The position numbers and the translations under genes are program-made. This document shows positions 36,581 to 48,780 of a DNA stretch of 64,000 bases, one piece after another (the stretch's first letter is position 1; the number at the start of each line of letters is the position of its first letter). Source of the stretch: Neoechinorhynchus agilis (lineage: Eukaryota; Animalia; Acanthocephala); contig CM121341.1 of NCBI GenBank assembly GCA_051530055.1, positions 2,198,638 to 2,262,637 on the forward strand. The letters run 5' to 3'. The notes beneath the pieces were generated by a model. The model had not been told where the DNA came from. It saw nothing but the letters and a program-made list of their open reading frames with translations, and made no database searches.

Positions 36581-37139
36581 AATTGAGACGGTTGCCACCC
36601 TTTGGGTTACCTTCAAATAAATATTTAGAATGTTTCAATTTTTGGGACCTAATATCTGTGGCGGCAATGCATTTACCGCAACTACCGAACCCTATGAGAC
36701 TTCCACATAACTTCGAGAATTGAATGGAGTATACGACTATAGTGGTTATAATGGAGTTTACTTATTGTCTTCGCTTGGTCTTTAATCATCTGGGTCGTTT
36801 GATGGCGCCGAGGATTTAAAATTACAAATTTAATCGGGTCATTGTACGCTCCAATATAAATAATGTATCCGACTCTTTGTGAAAAAAAAGAGAGGAATTT
36901 TTAAACTTAAATAAAAGGCACCAGTTTGACGAGGTAACAGATAGAACGCCAGGACAATTATCAATTCTAATGTCTCAAGCATCACCTTCTCACCATTGGA
37001 GACTGTCTTGAAAGTGTGTGCGAAATGTAACAAATAATAAACGTAGGTTTTTTAATCGGCTTGAAAAATTAAAGTTAACGTACAAAGTATTTTTACATGC
37101 AAACTTGATGATGGTGGTGATGATGATTCATTTACATTA

Positions 37140-38747
37140 TCAGCGATGTCTTCTATTGCCTGATTGTTGTTGAGAATCACTGCTATCACGGTTATGTCCG
37201 TTTTGTTGCTGCCCGCTGCTTTGTGATTGGGGAAAATAGTACTGAGTGTCAATTTGAGGAGCGTCATAAGAAGGATACCCCAAAACACTGGATTGAATTG
37301 AAGTGCTCGGCGGCGCGATGGCTTGCAGTGAATCAGTTATTTGTTGCGTACCACTGGACTGGCCGATGGTTCCATTTTGATTGGAATAAATTTGTCTTAC
37401 CGAATGCAGCGGCTGTCTCGGTAAAGACTGATAGGTCGATTGCTGCTGACTGTTATTCAGATTAAAGTACGTATTATCGACCTGTTGTTGTTGTGGATAT
37501 TGTTGTTGTTGTTGTTGCTGCTGCTGGTGATGAAGGGAACTAAAATTGCTGTATGAACCATAAGACATTTGAGTTGCGTTAATGGCATAAGTCTGATTTG
37601 TGAGACTTCTTGCCTGGTTCATTAAAAGTTGAGGCTGGTAAACAGGAGTGTGCAGTGAGTTTGCCATTGTCGGCGTTGGCACCGATGTGGTTGGAGTTAC
37701 AATCGGAGCTGAGGGTAAAGTTTGCGGTTGTTGATAATACCAGTATAGATTATCGGCAATCATGCTTTGATCGACATTCTGTGGCTGAGCCGTATATCCG
37801 TTAACGGCACGAGGATTCATGTAACTCTGTACTGCATTTGTGTCCCCAGCGTTGTTGTATGAATATATCGATGTCGGATCAAACGCTGACACTGAATGGT
37901 TAGGTACAAACATTCGAGAATGCTGAGCCGCCATTTGCTGCAGATTCACATATTGATTTGTCGATATGGATGGAACTGTCATATCGCTTTGATTATTTTT
38001 TTTATTACTTTTGGACGGTTTTCGTCGTGGTCGATATTTGTAATTTGGATGCTCTTGAGCATGCTGTTCTCTTAAAGATTGAGCTTCCTTTTTAAACGGT
38101 TTCCGTTGTTCATCCGACATGTGACGCCATTCAGCACCTAACATTTTACTGATTTCAGAATTATGGAGTTTAGGATTATCGCTGGCGATTTCTCTTCGTC
38201 GAAGTCTTGCCCAAACCATAAATGCATTCATTGGCCGTTTCACATGATCTGGATCTTTCCCTGCACGATGTCCATTTCGTATAAGTGGATTAGTGAGAGA
38301 ATGCACTCCACTATTGCCAACCAAAATCGCTGATTGGTTTGGTAAATCCATTGTTCCAAGATTGATTCTATCTTCATCATTGTCTGAAGGTGGTTTAGGC
38401 GTAGGTCCCGGTCGCCCCCTACCATTGTCATTATTTAAATGTCCTTCAAACTCGTCCATATCAATGTATCCAAGAACCCGCTCGGTTTGAACTTGAAGCG
38501 AATTAAACGTATCAGACGCCCGATTGTGATTTTCTGCATTTGTGATTTGACGTTCTAATTGGCTGACTTGTTGTTGTTGTTGTGTAGGAATGGAAAAATA
38601 TTCTTCAATTGCGTTTTCGGTAAAAGGCGTGATTTCAGGCAGTCCACCAAGGACTTGCGTAAGAAAATCATCTTGTTCAATTCGTCCTCGTTTAGCAGCA
38701 TCTTCATTTTCATCAGCCGCTTCATTAGCCTGACGTTTCGATCTCAT
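37140..38747 (-). CDS. SoxB: SoxB-group HMG-box transcription factor, intronless
   Basis: HMG box [36 protein letters not shown] followed by a Q/S/Y-rich C-terminal region. Confidence 0.88.
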   Translation of the reverse strand: MRSKRQANEAADENEDAAKRGRIEQDDFLTQVLGGLPEITPFTENAIEEYFSIPTQQQQQVSQLERQITNAENHNRASDTFNSLQVQTERVLGYIDMDEFEGHLNNDNGRGRPGPTPKPPSDNDEDRINLGTMDLPNQSAILVGNSGVHSLTNPLIRNGHRAGKDPDHVKRPMNAFMVWARLRRREIASDNPKLHNSEISKMLGAEWRHMSDEQRKPFKKEAQSLREQHAQEHPNYKYRPRRKPSKSNKKNNQSDMTVPSISTNQYVNLQQMAAQHSRMFVPNHSVSAFDPTSIYSYNNAGDTNAVQSYMNPRAVNGYTAQPQNVDQSMIADNLYWYYQQPQTLPSAPIVTPTTSVPTPTMANSLHTPVYQPQLLMNQARSLTNQTYAINATQMSYGSYSNFSSLHHQQQQQQQQQYPQQQQVDNTYFNLNNSQQQSTYQSLPRQPLHSVRQIYSNQNGTIGQSSGTQQITDSLQAIAPPSTSIQSSVLGYPSYDAPQIDTQYYFPQSQSSGQQQNGHNRDSSDSQQQSGNRRHR

Positions 38748-41700
38748 CTAAATTTGGAAGCGAAAAACTGAATAGATTGCGCATTTTCATCTATTTTTTT
38801 TCTACTAAAAGACCGAATATTTGCTATTTTTAGTCTTGAGAGTAGGGTGATACTTAGAAGTGGATGTACTGAAGGAGGTGATGTGTACACGGCTAGTGAA
38901 ATGCTCTGAGAACAATGGTGTACCTTAACACGCGCGTGTGTAAGGAGGATCTTCACCGTTCGGGTTCCTGCCAATTGAATTAAACGGCGAGGAAATGATG
39001 GCAGCGACGTACAGTTCGTCTCTTCGGGAAGAGTGTACGACTGCACTCGAATACAATAGCATAAGTCTGATGAATGGGAGGAAAGGGAAAAGGGGAACCG
39101 TGTGCTGCTCCCTCGCCAAAGCGTAACACCATGCAGACGCAGGAGTGCAAAAGAAGTAAAGATACAGAGGGTGCAGAAAAATATGAGTAATTTTCTGCGA
39201 CTGTCGCGTAACGACAGAAACTTGCTCTAAAAAATTCCAGTACTTCTAGTAAGCCTATTTAAGCTTATTGGCCCGCTAACTAACTCCAAACAGACTAGCA
39301 CTCGCGCTAACTACCTAGAGACACAATTTATACGCCGCCACACTCCGTGCCATAGGCGCTCGCATCAACAATTAGAATGCAGGATAGAAAGACGCCGCTG
39401 CGTGGCAACCAATAAAATATGAGAGTCGCATAATCAATGGCGTAGAACGATTCCACGTGCGTGACATTAAAGGACAAGGAGGACACTAAAAAAGAAAGTT
39501 ATTTACAGCACAACGAGTTGCGCAACTCGAACTTGATGCAACCAAGACTTTAAAATTAAAACTACAAAAACACTTCCTGTAAATAACGCGAAACAATTCT
39601 GGGTTCAAAAGAAGCGATATTAATTTTTGCCATCTTCACTTGTTTCAATTATATCAATTTTTTTCAGTCTTGCTTTTATCTTACCGACTTATCGTGTACG
39701 AAAATTATTTTCAGACGAAAAAAAAAGTATTATCTACACATTTTGTGTACGAACCTGTTGAACGTTGGCACTCATTTCCATTGTTATTCTAGCAAACTTT
39801 ACACTATCTTGAGTGAGAGTTTGCACAGTCCGTCGAACCGTAGTAGTATGCGCGTTCGCTAAGTAATCCCATCAACACTTTCTGCACTATGCCAAATCCA
39901 GCCAATCAGCGTCCGAGGTTGTATATGATGGATGATGTACTTGATCGGTGCGTCGGCGAACAAAGTCGGCATCTAGAGGAGTGCTTCGAAGGGTATGGCG
40001 GTGGGTGAGTTGGTTCGGGAAGAAGAATTTCTTCTAGTTTCCTTTATATATTCTTGAGGACAAAGACGCGAGGGGTTAATTGTAGGGGAAGAAGTTGAAA
40101 GGGTGGGAGCTTGTGTGCGTTTGTATTCTTGTAAGACATGTGTAGACGTCGAGGAAAATTCAGAGTATTTTGAATGAAATAAAGGGGTTCTTTGTAGCTC
40201 TACAACACATGCAAACCACATCCACACACACACACAGTTTGATGAAAGACCTGTGTCGCTCGAAAAGACAAAAGACCCGGAAAGCGTTTGTGTGTGCTCC
40301 TCGGCATATATGTGCGGTGGTGGTGATTGTCTAACGGTTCTGATGGTGGTAAGCGACAACTTTCACTCTCGAAAAACAATGCATAAGAAATTTTAGTTGG
40401 GGTGACTAGCGATGCCAAGTCATACTCGATACATATGTGAGTTTTTTACGTCGACAAAAAAAAAGAAGTTCATGAGTCAAACGGAACACTAAACTCCCTG
40501 CTATTTGGAAAAAAACACTCTGAAGCATCGTTGCGCAACAACCATAACATTGATGAGATAATCTAGCCGCCAAGAATCCTCAAGTACACTACTGAAATTA
40601 CTTAATGTCATTCTTATCGGACTTTTCAACCTATTCTTAGGAAAATAAAAAAAATTTCGCAGGTGTCAAAATAACCACAATCTTACAGTCAATAATGTAC
40701 GTTTGAATTCTTTAATTATTGGCTTAGACCGTATGAAGGTGCGTGAAATTTCTGGGTGTGTCTCAAATTCTCTAATTATTATAATAATCATCTTTCATTA
40801 AAAACGAGACACGTCGAACTTTAATTGTGATTAGTTGGCGAATTTTCAGGAAGTATACGCACTAAATCAGACTTTTAATAATTAATTTTTAGTTCATTGT
40901 CTTGTTATGAGAAGCTCGATGCAGTTCCAGATTTGCACTTGACACTTTGACGCTATACCAAATTCAATTATTCAAATCCAATTCTTACAAATTGAGAAAT
41001 ATCATTTGACACATACATGCACAATTCAAACCCGATTTTTTCTATATGTGTGTGTGTGTATTGATGATGGATAAATATTATGAATATATTACTCGATTCA
41101 ATATTGCGATGTCTCATGTCCGGCTCTTTTAATAAATCGGCTCCAAGACGATCTACACACTTCCTTTTAGACCGTCCAAGTGTGCTTTATCGACTTACTT
41201 AAAGGTGCTATTACTAAAGAACCCTCTCAGCCGCGTACTTGAAAATAAATCTAAAAGTCCGACTACCACCAATGTGAAAAATCGTTCCAAGTTATCTGTA
41301 GATGTGTAAAGGCGACTTTTTAAACAATTGATCAAAGTTACGTGGGAAAAAAGAAAAAGATAAGCAAACATTTTTAGGATTGCGCAATAAAGCTTTTAAA
41401 ATGCTTTTAGTTTTAAATTGCCAATAAGGACGTTTCCTACGTTTGTAGGCCGTTATTATAAGAGCTAATTGATTGCAAAATTTAAATTCCTAGAGTCTTC
41501 ATAATCAGACATTTGTCTAATGCATACCCGCTGTCGCTGATGGCGAACAATAGAAATTTTAGCAAATTGATGGAGACTAGTAATGCGGGTTGAGATCAAA
41601 GTACGAATCCAATGTTTCTGTAATTGCATTCTTTGTCTTTTAATCGGTGACTGATTCCTCCTGCGGCGATGAAATTATCCGGTGTATTAACTCATGTTGC

Positions 41701-43360
41701 CGAAAGGACGGTGCAAACTCAACCTTGCATAATGCTCGTCTCAGCGACAATATGGCGCTCATGAAAGGCGAACGAGACCGACTTAAATCTTTAAGTCAGT
41801 AAATGTTCGATAAAATCAACCAATTGATTAAATCTCATTGCCTCACTTCTTCGCATTTAATCAGTCAATTTTTTAAAGAGTCATAAATTTAAAAGCTTGA
41901 GTAATTTTTAGTGCTTGTGTTTTCCCTGAAGTAGTTTAACTGAGTCATAAAACGTGGGCGTTCTAAAAAGCACCACGCTGAGTTTTGAAAATGAGTCTTG
42001 TGTTGACATTGAAAATTGCGCCCCTGGGAGCTTGTAAAGGGGCGTGGATTTGTTTAACAATGATCAACGGCTAAACGAATTCCCGCTGAATTTTAATTAC
42101 AGTGTCTTCTCTCTTTTTAATTTTAGCAACACTGCACTACTTTGAATATGTCAGATTTTGCACTTTTCAATTCATAGTATAAATTATTGAGAATTGTTTC
42201 ATTGCTTTTAAGTGAAAAAAATGGTGCGAAACCTGATTGGATGCCGCATCTTTGATCTTAATAAGATTCCCACCACTCGCTGACGACATTAAAAACTTTT
42301 CAAAGTGAAAGATTCGTTAGTTTATTAATTAAAAAAATACGAGAATCAATTTTAATTTCTTTTTTACTCCAGTTTCATTTATTAAAAAAATTTCATTCGG
42401 TATTTTCTTAATTTTCATAAAGGTTATTGTTCATCACGCTAAATGACATCAGGGAAAATGTTTGCGAGAATATGAAGCGGTCGTTGATTGCGTTGACAAT
42501 CACCCGAAAAATCGAAATTAAATTATCTATATAAATTTATATTGAATCTATCGCAAAGGTCCTATTTTCGATTTAATGCTTTTAGAATTTAAAGTGCGAC
42601 GTCTGTACCAATGAATCAATTATACCATGGAAGTTTTAGATAATGTGGTATCCAATGTCACAGTGAATTAAAACTCTCCAAACGAAAGGATTTTATGCAT
42701 CGGGTCGTGCAAGGTTTGCATTTGGGCGATTAAAATAGAAAGTTGAATTCGAAGAAAAAGTTATAAATTTTCTTGGATTGGATTAATTTTATAGAACTGT
42801 TTACTTTTCCAAACTTCTCTATGATGAAGTTGAAGTAAAGAGCATTTGATGCATTGTATAACAATTTAAATTTGCGATTGTCATATATTCATAAATCCGT
42901 GTTTAAGAATGTATGGATAATCTTTATAGAAAAGATTTGTAACGAATGCGATTGGATGCATTGCATTTTTAAGAGTCTCACCGTCAAAGTCCACGTGAAA
43001 TTGTCCGTCGACTTTGTTATTCATATCTATTACCTAGAAAACATGATCCCTCTATTCCTTTAACATCTCTAGTGACTTTGGCATTAATTTCAAAGCTAAC
43101 GGCCATCTTTAGAACTTTATCATCAGTTCAATTACCTGTCAACTTTTTCCTCGCGTAAAAAGTAAAGCCTGTTAATATTTGGTCTCGGAAACCCAAATAT
43201 TATCCCAGAGGTGAATTGTGCCAAGGTTTACTCAAGATCACAGAAGCAAGTAATTGGTAAATATTCTAGAATCTAAGTATGTAAAGTCTGCGATATTCTG
43301 GAAAGATTTAAATCAACATGACTCAACGTCCGAAAACCTCTTTGAATTGTAAAAATCAAA

Positions 43361-43849
43361 TCATTTATTGCCACACGTAAACATCCATAAGTTCTTATCT
43401 TCTACTACCCAACGCTTCATAATCGCGATTGCACAGCGACAAGCTGATAGCGTCGATATTCCATAACTAAGAATCAAATATCGAGCGAACGATTTCCAAC
43501 ACTTGCTTTCCATTCGCTCGAATAGGCGATATAAGTCATCGGCGTTTTTTATTCCTCGTAGAATAAATCGTCTTGCGTTGCCATTTATGCCTGGTACTCG
43601 AGTTAATCTAATTCTTCGTAAATTCACATTTAAAAGCAGATTTGATTCTTGCGATGTAAACATATAGCAGTTTGGACTAATGCTTTCAATGCAAGCTATA
43701 ACGTTGTTCCATTCTTCAATGCTTTTGAGCGTCAAAATATCCTCCTTTGCTTTGGATTCAGTGCTTTTTGTATTTTCTTGTTCGCTGTTAGATTTTGCCT
43801 TTGTTAAAAAAGGATTTTTGAGCTCAGATACGTCGCGAATATGTGGCAT
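43361..43849 (-). CDS. Hypothetical protein (162 aa)
   Basis: ATG-initiated ORF with protein-like composition in AT-rich DNA; no family recognised. Confidence 0.35.
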   Translation of the reverse strand: MPHIRDVSELKNPFLTKAKSNSEQENTKSTESKAKEDILTLKSIEEWNNVIACIESISPNCYMFTSQESNLLLNVNLRRIRLTRVPGINGNARRFILRGIKNADDLYRLFERMESKCWKSFARYLILSYGISTLSACRCAIAIMKRWVVEDKNLWMFTCGNK

Positions 43850-44656
43850 TGATTTTGTTGCAATCGAGTGTTACCGTTAAAATAAGATTTTCTCGGTTTC
43901 TATGGTGACCAATCATTTTAAGGATTATTTTCTGAATATAGAATTAAAAACTAACCGTTTTGTCCTTCAATCCTTCACATAATAAAAGACCGTTCACCAT
44001 TTTCGATGAAAAATTTCATATTCAAAGGGGTGAAAATATTAAGAAAAGTGAAAATCTGCTAGCTAATGAAGGAAAAGGGCTGAGAACTTTAAGCGCCTTT
44101 CTGCTAAAAAATCGTCTCAGGCGAAAACATACAGAATATGAGGATTAAATTACTTGTATCGAATCTTTGTGAAATAACTAACAAAATGGCTCAAAATAAG
44201 GACCAATACATTTTGACCGATAAAGAAATTCGTTGGTCTGGACGATCTCCGCATGACTTGAGCAATTCAAAATACAAAAAGTTTCTGGATGCCTTGTGCT
44301 CATTCGCATTTGAGAAAACATACAATGAGTGCTCATGCATCTACTTGGCATTGTTCAAATTTTTGTACCCGTCGTTACTTGTTTCGATAATCCTATTTTT
44401 TACAAACAAACAAAAAAGAGAACTACAACACAAATAAACATTCGTTGGTTGCATTATTAGCTATAAAACTGTTAAGCGCACTTTAAAAGAGAACCTTTCA
44501 TCAATTTGCGCCGAAATGATTTGTTTAAAATAGTTTGAATTCTAAAGATCCATAAATCTTTAAGTGAAAAAATTTTCAATCACTCTAAAATTCCAAAACT
44601 CAGCACTCGATATAATATTTACCACGCACGCGCGTACATGAACACAAGTTCGTTCA

Positions 44657-46791
44657 TCAAATGTCAACAAAATGTTCCGCCAATCGGTGACTTTGTCCAC
44701 TATTAATCGAAGAACTCGATTGATACCTGCCATCATTTGTATGCCTCGATGACCCCTGGCGATGTCTTCTCCTTCGTCGATGCGACCGCCTAGAATGAAC
44801 ACTTACAAAACTTGTATTACTCCTCCTTGAACTTCTACTTCTCACTGAACTCCCGCATTCACTTTGAGTTTCAAAATGTCGCCGCCTAAAGACAATTTCT
44901 TCATTCTCTGGAATTTCACGGGTCGCATCAATAGAATAACTGCGCCTTCGTCTTCTCACTGACGGAATCCGTTCAACTGGTGGTTCATAGACCGGTCCAC
45001 TTACCATACTCTCAGACATACTTGTCCGTGTATTGTTAAAAATCGAAGAAGCCACACTGGTGGCTCGCCGCATCTCCTGCATTGCCGCTCGTTGAGTGCT
45101 TTTCTCTTCAAAGAAAGCCTTATAACGAACGCATTGTTTACATGTGAGTTTGGCTCGGTGTTTTGTAGTCAGAGAAAATCGATAATCTGCCGTTTTTGTG
45201 CTCAAATCGCTCATAACCCGTAGAAACATAAAATCTTTTTTCTGCCAACATGATTCAATACGGGGCCAAAAATATTCATAGACCACGAGATCGCGTTTGT
45301 ATAGCATTACTCCCGTCGGTGTAAATCCAAGGCGGTACTTTCGATTGTCTTCACAAACGACAGGATAAGACTCAAGTCCGTAAGTATCCAACCATTTTAC
45401 TTTGTTCAAAACATAGAGTTCAGCTCGACATTTCGGCATCCCTGTAAGGTTTTGGTGGCGACGGACGGCACGTAACTCCATTTCTTCGGTTTGACGGGGA
45501 ATAAACGCGAATTCTGAAGCGTATCCAATTGTATCCCGACTGGGGACGTAATCGCCTAGTTCCGCCTGTACTGAATACCCGAAGATGCACAGTTTTATTA
45601 AGATTGAGCAGGTAAAACGTTAACAAAACTGTTTGAAGATTGAACTGTTCATATTTTTTTTCTGATGCGAAGAAAGATTAAAATGATTTTAAACTGCCGA
45701 TTAGTTTCGGAAGCTTACAAGATTGTACGCGTTTATCGACGATCAAATCGTCTGCTAGATAATTCGACAAAATTGTTTTTCAGTGTTTTTTAAGTGCTAA
45801 TACCGGATTTTAAATTCATTTTAATCTTTCTTGAGGCAGAATATGATCGATTGGTTACGACGGTGAAGAATTAAAGCGCTTAATCCACACTTAATAAATC
45901 ATTTTCTGCGCCGTAAAAAACCATCGACGACCATTTTAATTTCTACACCAGAAAACAGTTAATAAATCTCTTTAAAAATCCATAAAAGTAGCACACGCAC
46001 CTTAAGAACATTTAAGCGAAAATCATTGGGGATTTTGATAGCAAAAAGTTCTTAGAATAATTACATAGAACAATATAGAATCATAGATGAAGGTTGAACA
46101 CGGCCACGTTGTTTAAGACACAAAGCACCATTTCAGTTAAGGTTTGCGATAAGCTTCCTTCAACAATGATTAGGGTGACAGCACTGACAGTTTCGATAAC
46201 GAAATAGGATACTAAAAAATTACGTCAATGAAACCAAACCTAACACTTTAACTAGAACCATCGGCTATTCTTTAATAAATACCCGAAGATTGAGCCGATT
46301 TGTTTCTCCGGAATTTTAAGACGTCCTGCATACACATCGTCCTTTACTTGAAGATAAAAAAGGTACCTGGTTAGTTCGTGTGTAGCGATTGTTGGATCAG
46401 AAGGATAAAATCTAACTCTAAAACGCACCTGATAAGTTTGTCGCGTTCGTCTTCGTTTTGATAATTGTCGCCCGAGAGACTTCTTGGGCTCGAGCCATTG
46501 CGGAAGGGCGTCGTATCCTTGAAAAGTAAGACCAAAATATTCCGTTTCTTCGATACTTAGGAAGCTAAAGATTTGTTCGAACAAGACGCTGGCTTTTTGT
46601 GTTTTCCTTAGAGTATAGTTAAGTTTCCTATTGTCCAATAAAAGAACGCGAATCGAGATTTCTCTCTGAGGAAGAGGAACGCATGAAGCGCAGCGAGTTA
46701 ATGAGCTCCTAGCTGTCACCATCGAGGATTCGGGGTCACTGGTGGCTGCTGTTTGCGAGATGGTTATATTGGCATTTACTCCTGATGACAT
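44657..46791 (-). CDS. FERM-domain protein (EPB41L4/EPB41L5-like), 2 coding segments (46791-46291, 45586-44657)
   Basis: IRVLLLD..EETEYFGL..WLEPKK..FRVRFYPSDP..ELTRYLFYLQVKDDVYAGRL / VQAELGDY..SEFAFIP..KWLDTYG..LGFTPTG..YFWPRI, then a basic low-complexity tail. Confidence 0.88.
45587..46290 (-). other. Non-canonical intron-like interruption D in the FERM gene (704 nt): 13-bp direct repeat plus paired ends
   Basis: ATCTTCGGGTATT occurs at both junctions (46290-46278 and 45586-45574). The arms TTTATTAAAGAATAGC and GCTCAATCTTAATAAA pair imperfectly. Removal restores GSIFGYSVQAELGDY. Confidence 0.75.
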
Positions 46792-47089
46792 AGTCTGAAG
46801 CGATGTGGAAAATAAAGACGATTGCATCAGGGAAGGAAGGATATGGCACACCTGTCGAATCGGCCGGAAAATGTGTACCACGATGCGGATGATAAGAAGA
46901 AGCACAACATTGAGAAGTAACCATTCGTAGAGCGGAAGGAAGCAATAACATTGGAAAAGTGAGGATATCTGCTCAGCAGGCTCGGGATGAGAATACTTTA
47001 GGATCAAACGGTTGCAAATGTCAAAAGGTTGTCTTCTCGAGGTCGAGAAATATGAGTTTTAAAGGAAGATTCGCGACAGTCGTCAAAAG

Positions 47090-48190
47090 TACAAGAATAC
47101 TGTAAACAAGCGCTCATTCCAATCAGTTCAGTGACTTCACCATTCAAGGAGGAAATTGAACACTCGCTAGGAGAGCGGTCAAACCCATAATAATATCGAA
47201 TTCTCAGAAGATACCAACAAAAACATTTAGAAAAGTTTTCCGCAAGTTCAATGATTGAGGATATTGAACACTCCTTTGGGAATGGGAGTAAATATTCATA
47301 AAAAATAGAATTCCTAGAAGATATCCCCAACAAATATTTAGCAGTTTTCCGCGAGTTCAGTGAGCGATAGCATAAAACGCTCGTTTTGACAGCGATCAGA
47401 TACCGACAAATAATAGAATTCTTAGAAGATACTCCGACAAACATTTAGCAAAGTTTTTCGCGGGTTCAGACAGCGTTTGCATAAAACGCTCGTTTTGACA
47501 GCGATAAAACATCGACAAAAAATAGAATTCCTCGAAGATACTCCGACAAACATTTAGAAAAGTTTTTCGCGAGCTCAGCGAGCGATGGCATAGAACGCTC
47601 GTTTGGACAACGATAAGATACCGACAAAAAAATAGAATTCTTAAAAGATACCCTCAAAAAAATTTAGAAAAGTTTTCCGCGAGTTCAATGAGCGATAGCA
47701 TAAAACGCTCGTTTTGACAGCGATAAAACATCGACAAAAAATAGAATTCCTAAAAGATACTCCGACGAACATTTAGAAAAGGTTTTTCGCGAGTTCAGCG
47801 AGCGATGGCATAAAACGCTCGTTTTGACAGCGATCAAATACCGACAAATAACAGAATTCTTAGAAGATATCCTCAAAAACATTTAGAAAAGGTTTTTTGC
47901 GAGTTCAGTGAGCGAGGATATTGAACAATCGTTTTGGAACGCGAGTAAAACCCCATAAAAATATCTAATTCATAGGAGATATTCCAACAAACATTTAGCA
48001 AAGATTTTCGCGAGTTCAGTGAGCGATGGCATAGAAAAATCGTTTTGACAGCGATAAGATACCGACAAAAAAATAGAATTCTTAGAAGATACCCCTAAAA
48101 ACATATAGAAAAGTTTTCCGCGAGTTCAGTAATTGAGGACATTGAACACTCCTTTGCGAACGTGAGTAAAAACCCATAAAAAGTAGAATT
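47090..48190. repeat. About 110-bp tandem array, about 10 copies
   Basis: The GATA(C/T) anchor recurs at 47428, 47537, 47647, 47756, 47866, 47978 and 48088. Confidence 0.9.
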
Positions 48191-48295
48191 CTTCAAAAAT
48201 TGCAAGACACTTAGCAAAGGCATCTTTTAACTGTCTTTATTTGTTTCGTAAGTGACACTGTGGCATAGGTTTGATGCCGTTCGGAGCAGTCGTTT

Positions 48296-48780
48296 ATAAA
48301 GCGATAAAAAATTGCCATAAAAGACTTTTGGAATTTCTTTAAGGAGCAGTTCATGAATATACTTTTAGTGAAAATAATCAACCGGTCATAACCTATTTGA
48401 TTAATCGGGGAAATATTTCGAAGGAGGTAACTTCGCCTCCTTAGTCATTGTTTGTTATAGCGTTTGGCGATCTCGGGCAATATAACCTTAATTTGTAAAA
48501 TCACTTTTTAGAAAGTTGAGGAGGTGAGGTTCCTCTTTGGATCGCCGCGAGACCAATGTTTTGGCGTAGGAAGGCACCAGCTCTTCCTGTCTTATACTTT
48601 TAGTGAAAATAGTCAACCGGTCATAATCTATTTGATTATATTTAAAACTTACAAGCAATGAATGATGACTTTTACCTCTTTGGAAATATTTTTCCTATAA
48701 ATCAAATATGTGATGGTCCGGGGGGGGGTTATTTTCACTAAAAGTATAAACTTTGATTAACCCGATTTTCTCTGTCGATG
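48296..48780 (-). repeat. Inverted copy of the 19958-20445 composite repeat
   Basis: Reverse-complement identity over about 480 bp. Confidence 0.9.

Noticed and set aside
47090-48190. Repeat-spacer architecture in the 110-bp array
   Set aside because: The variable parts fall into two recurring types rather than unique spacers; the ORFs here are repeat artefacts.
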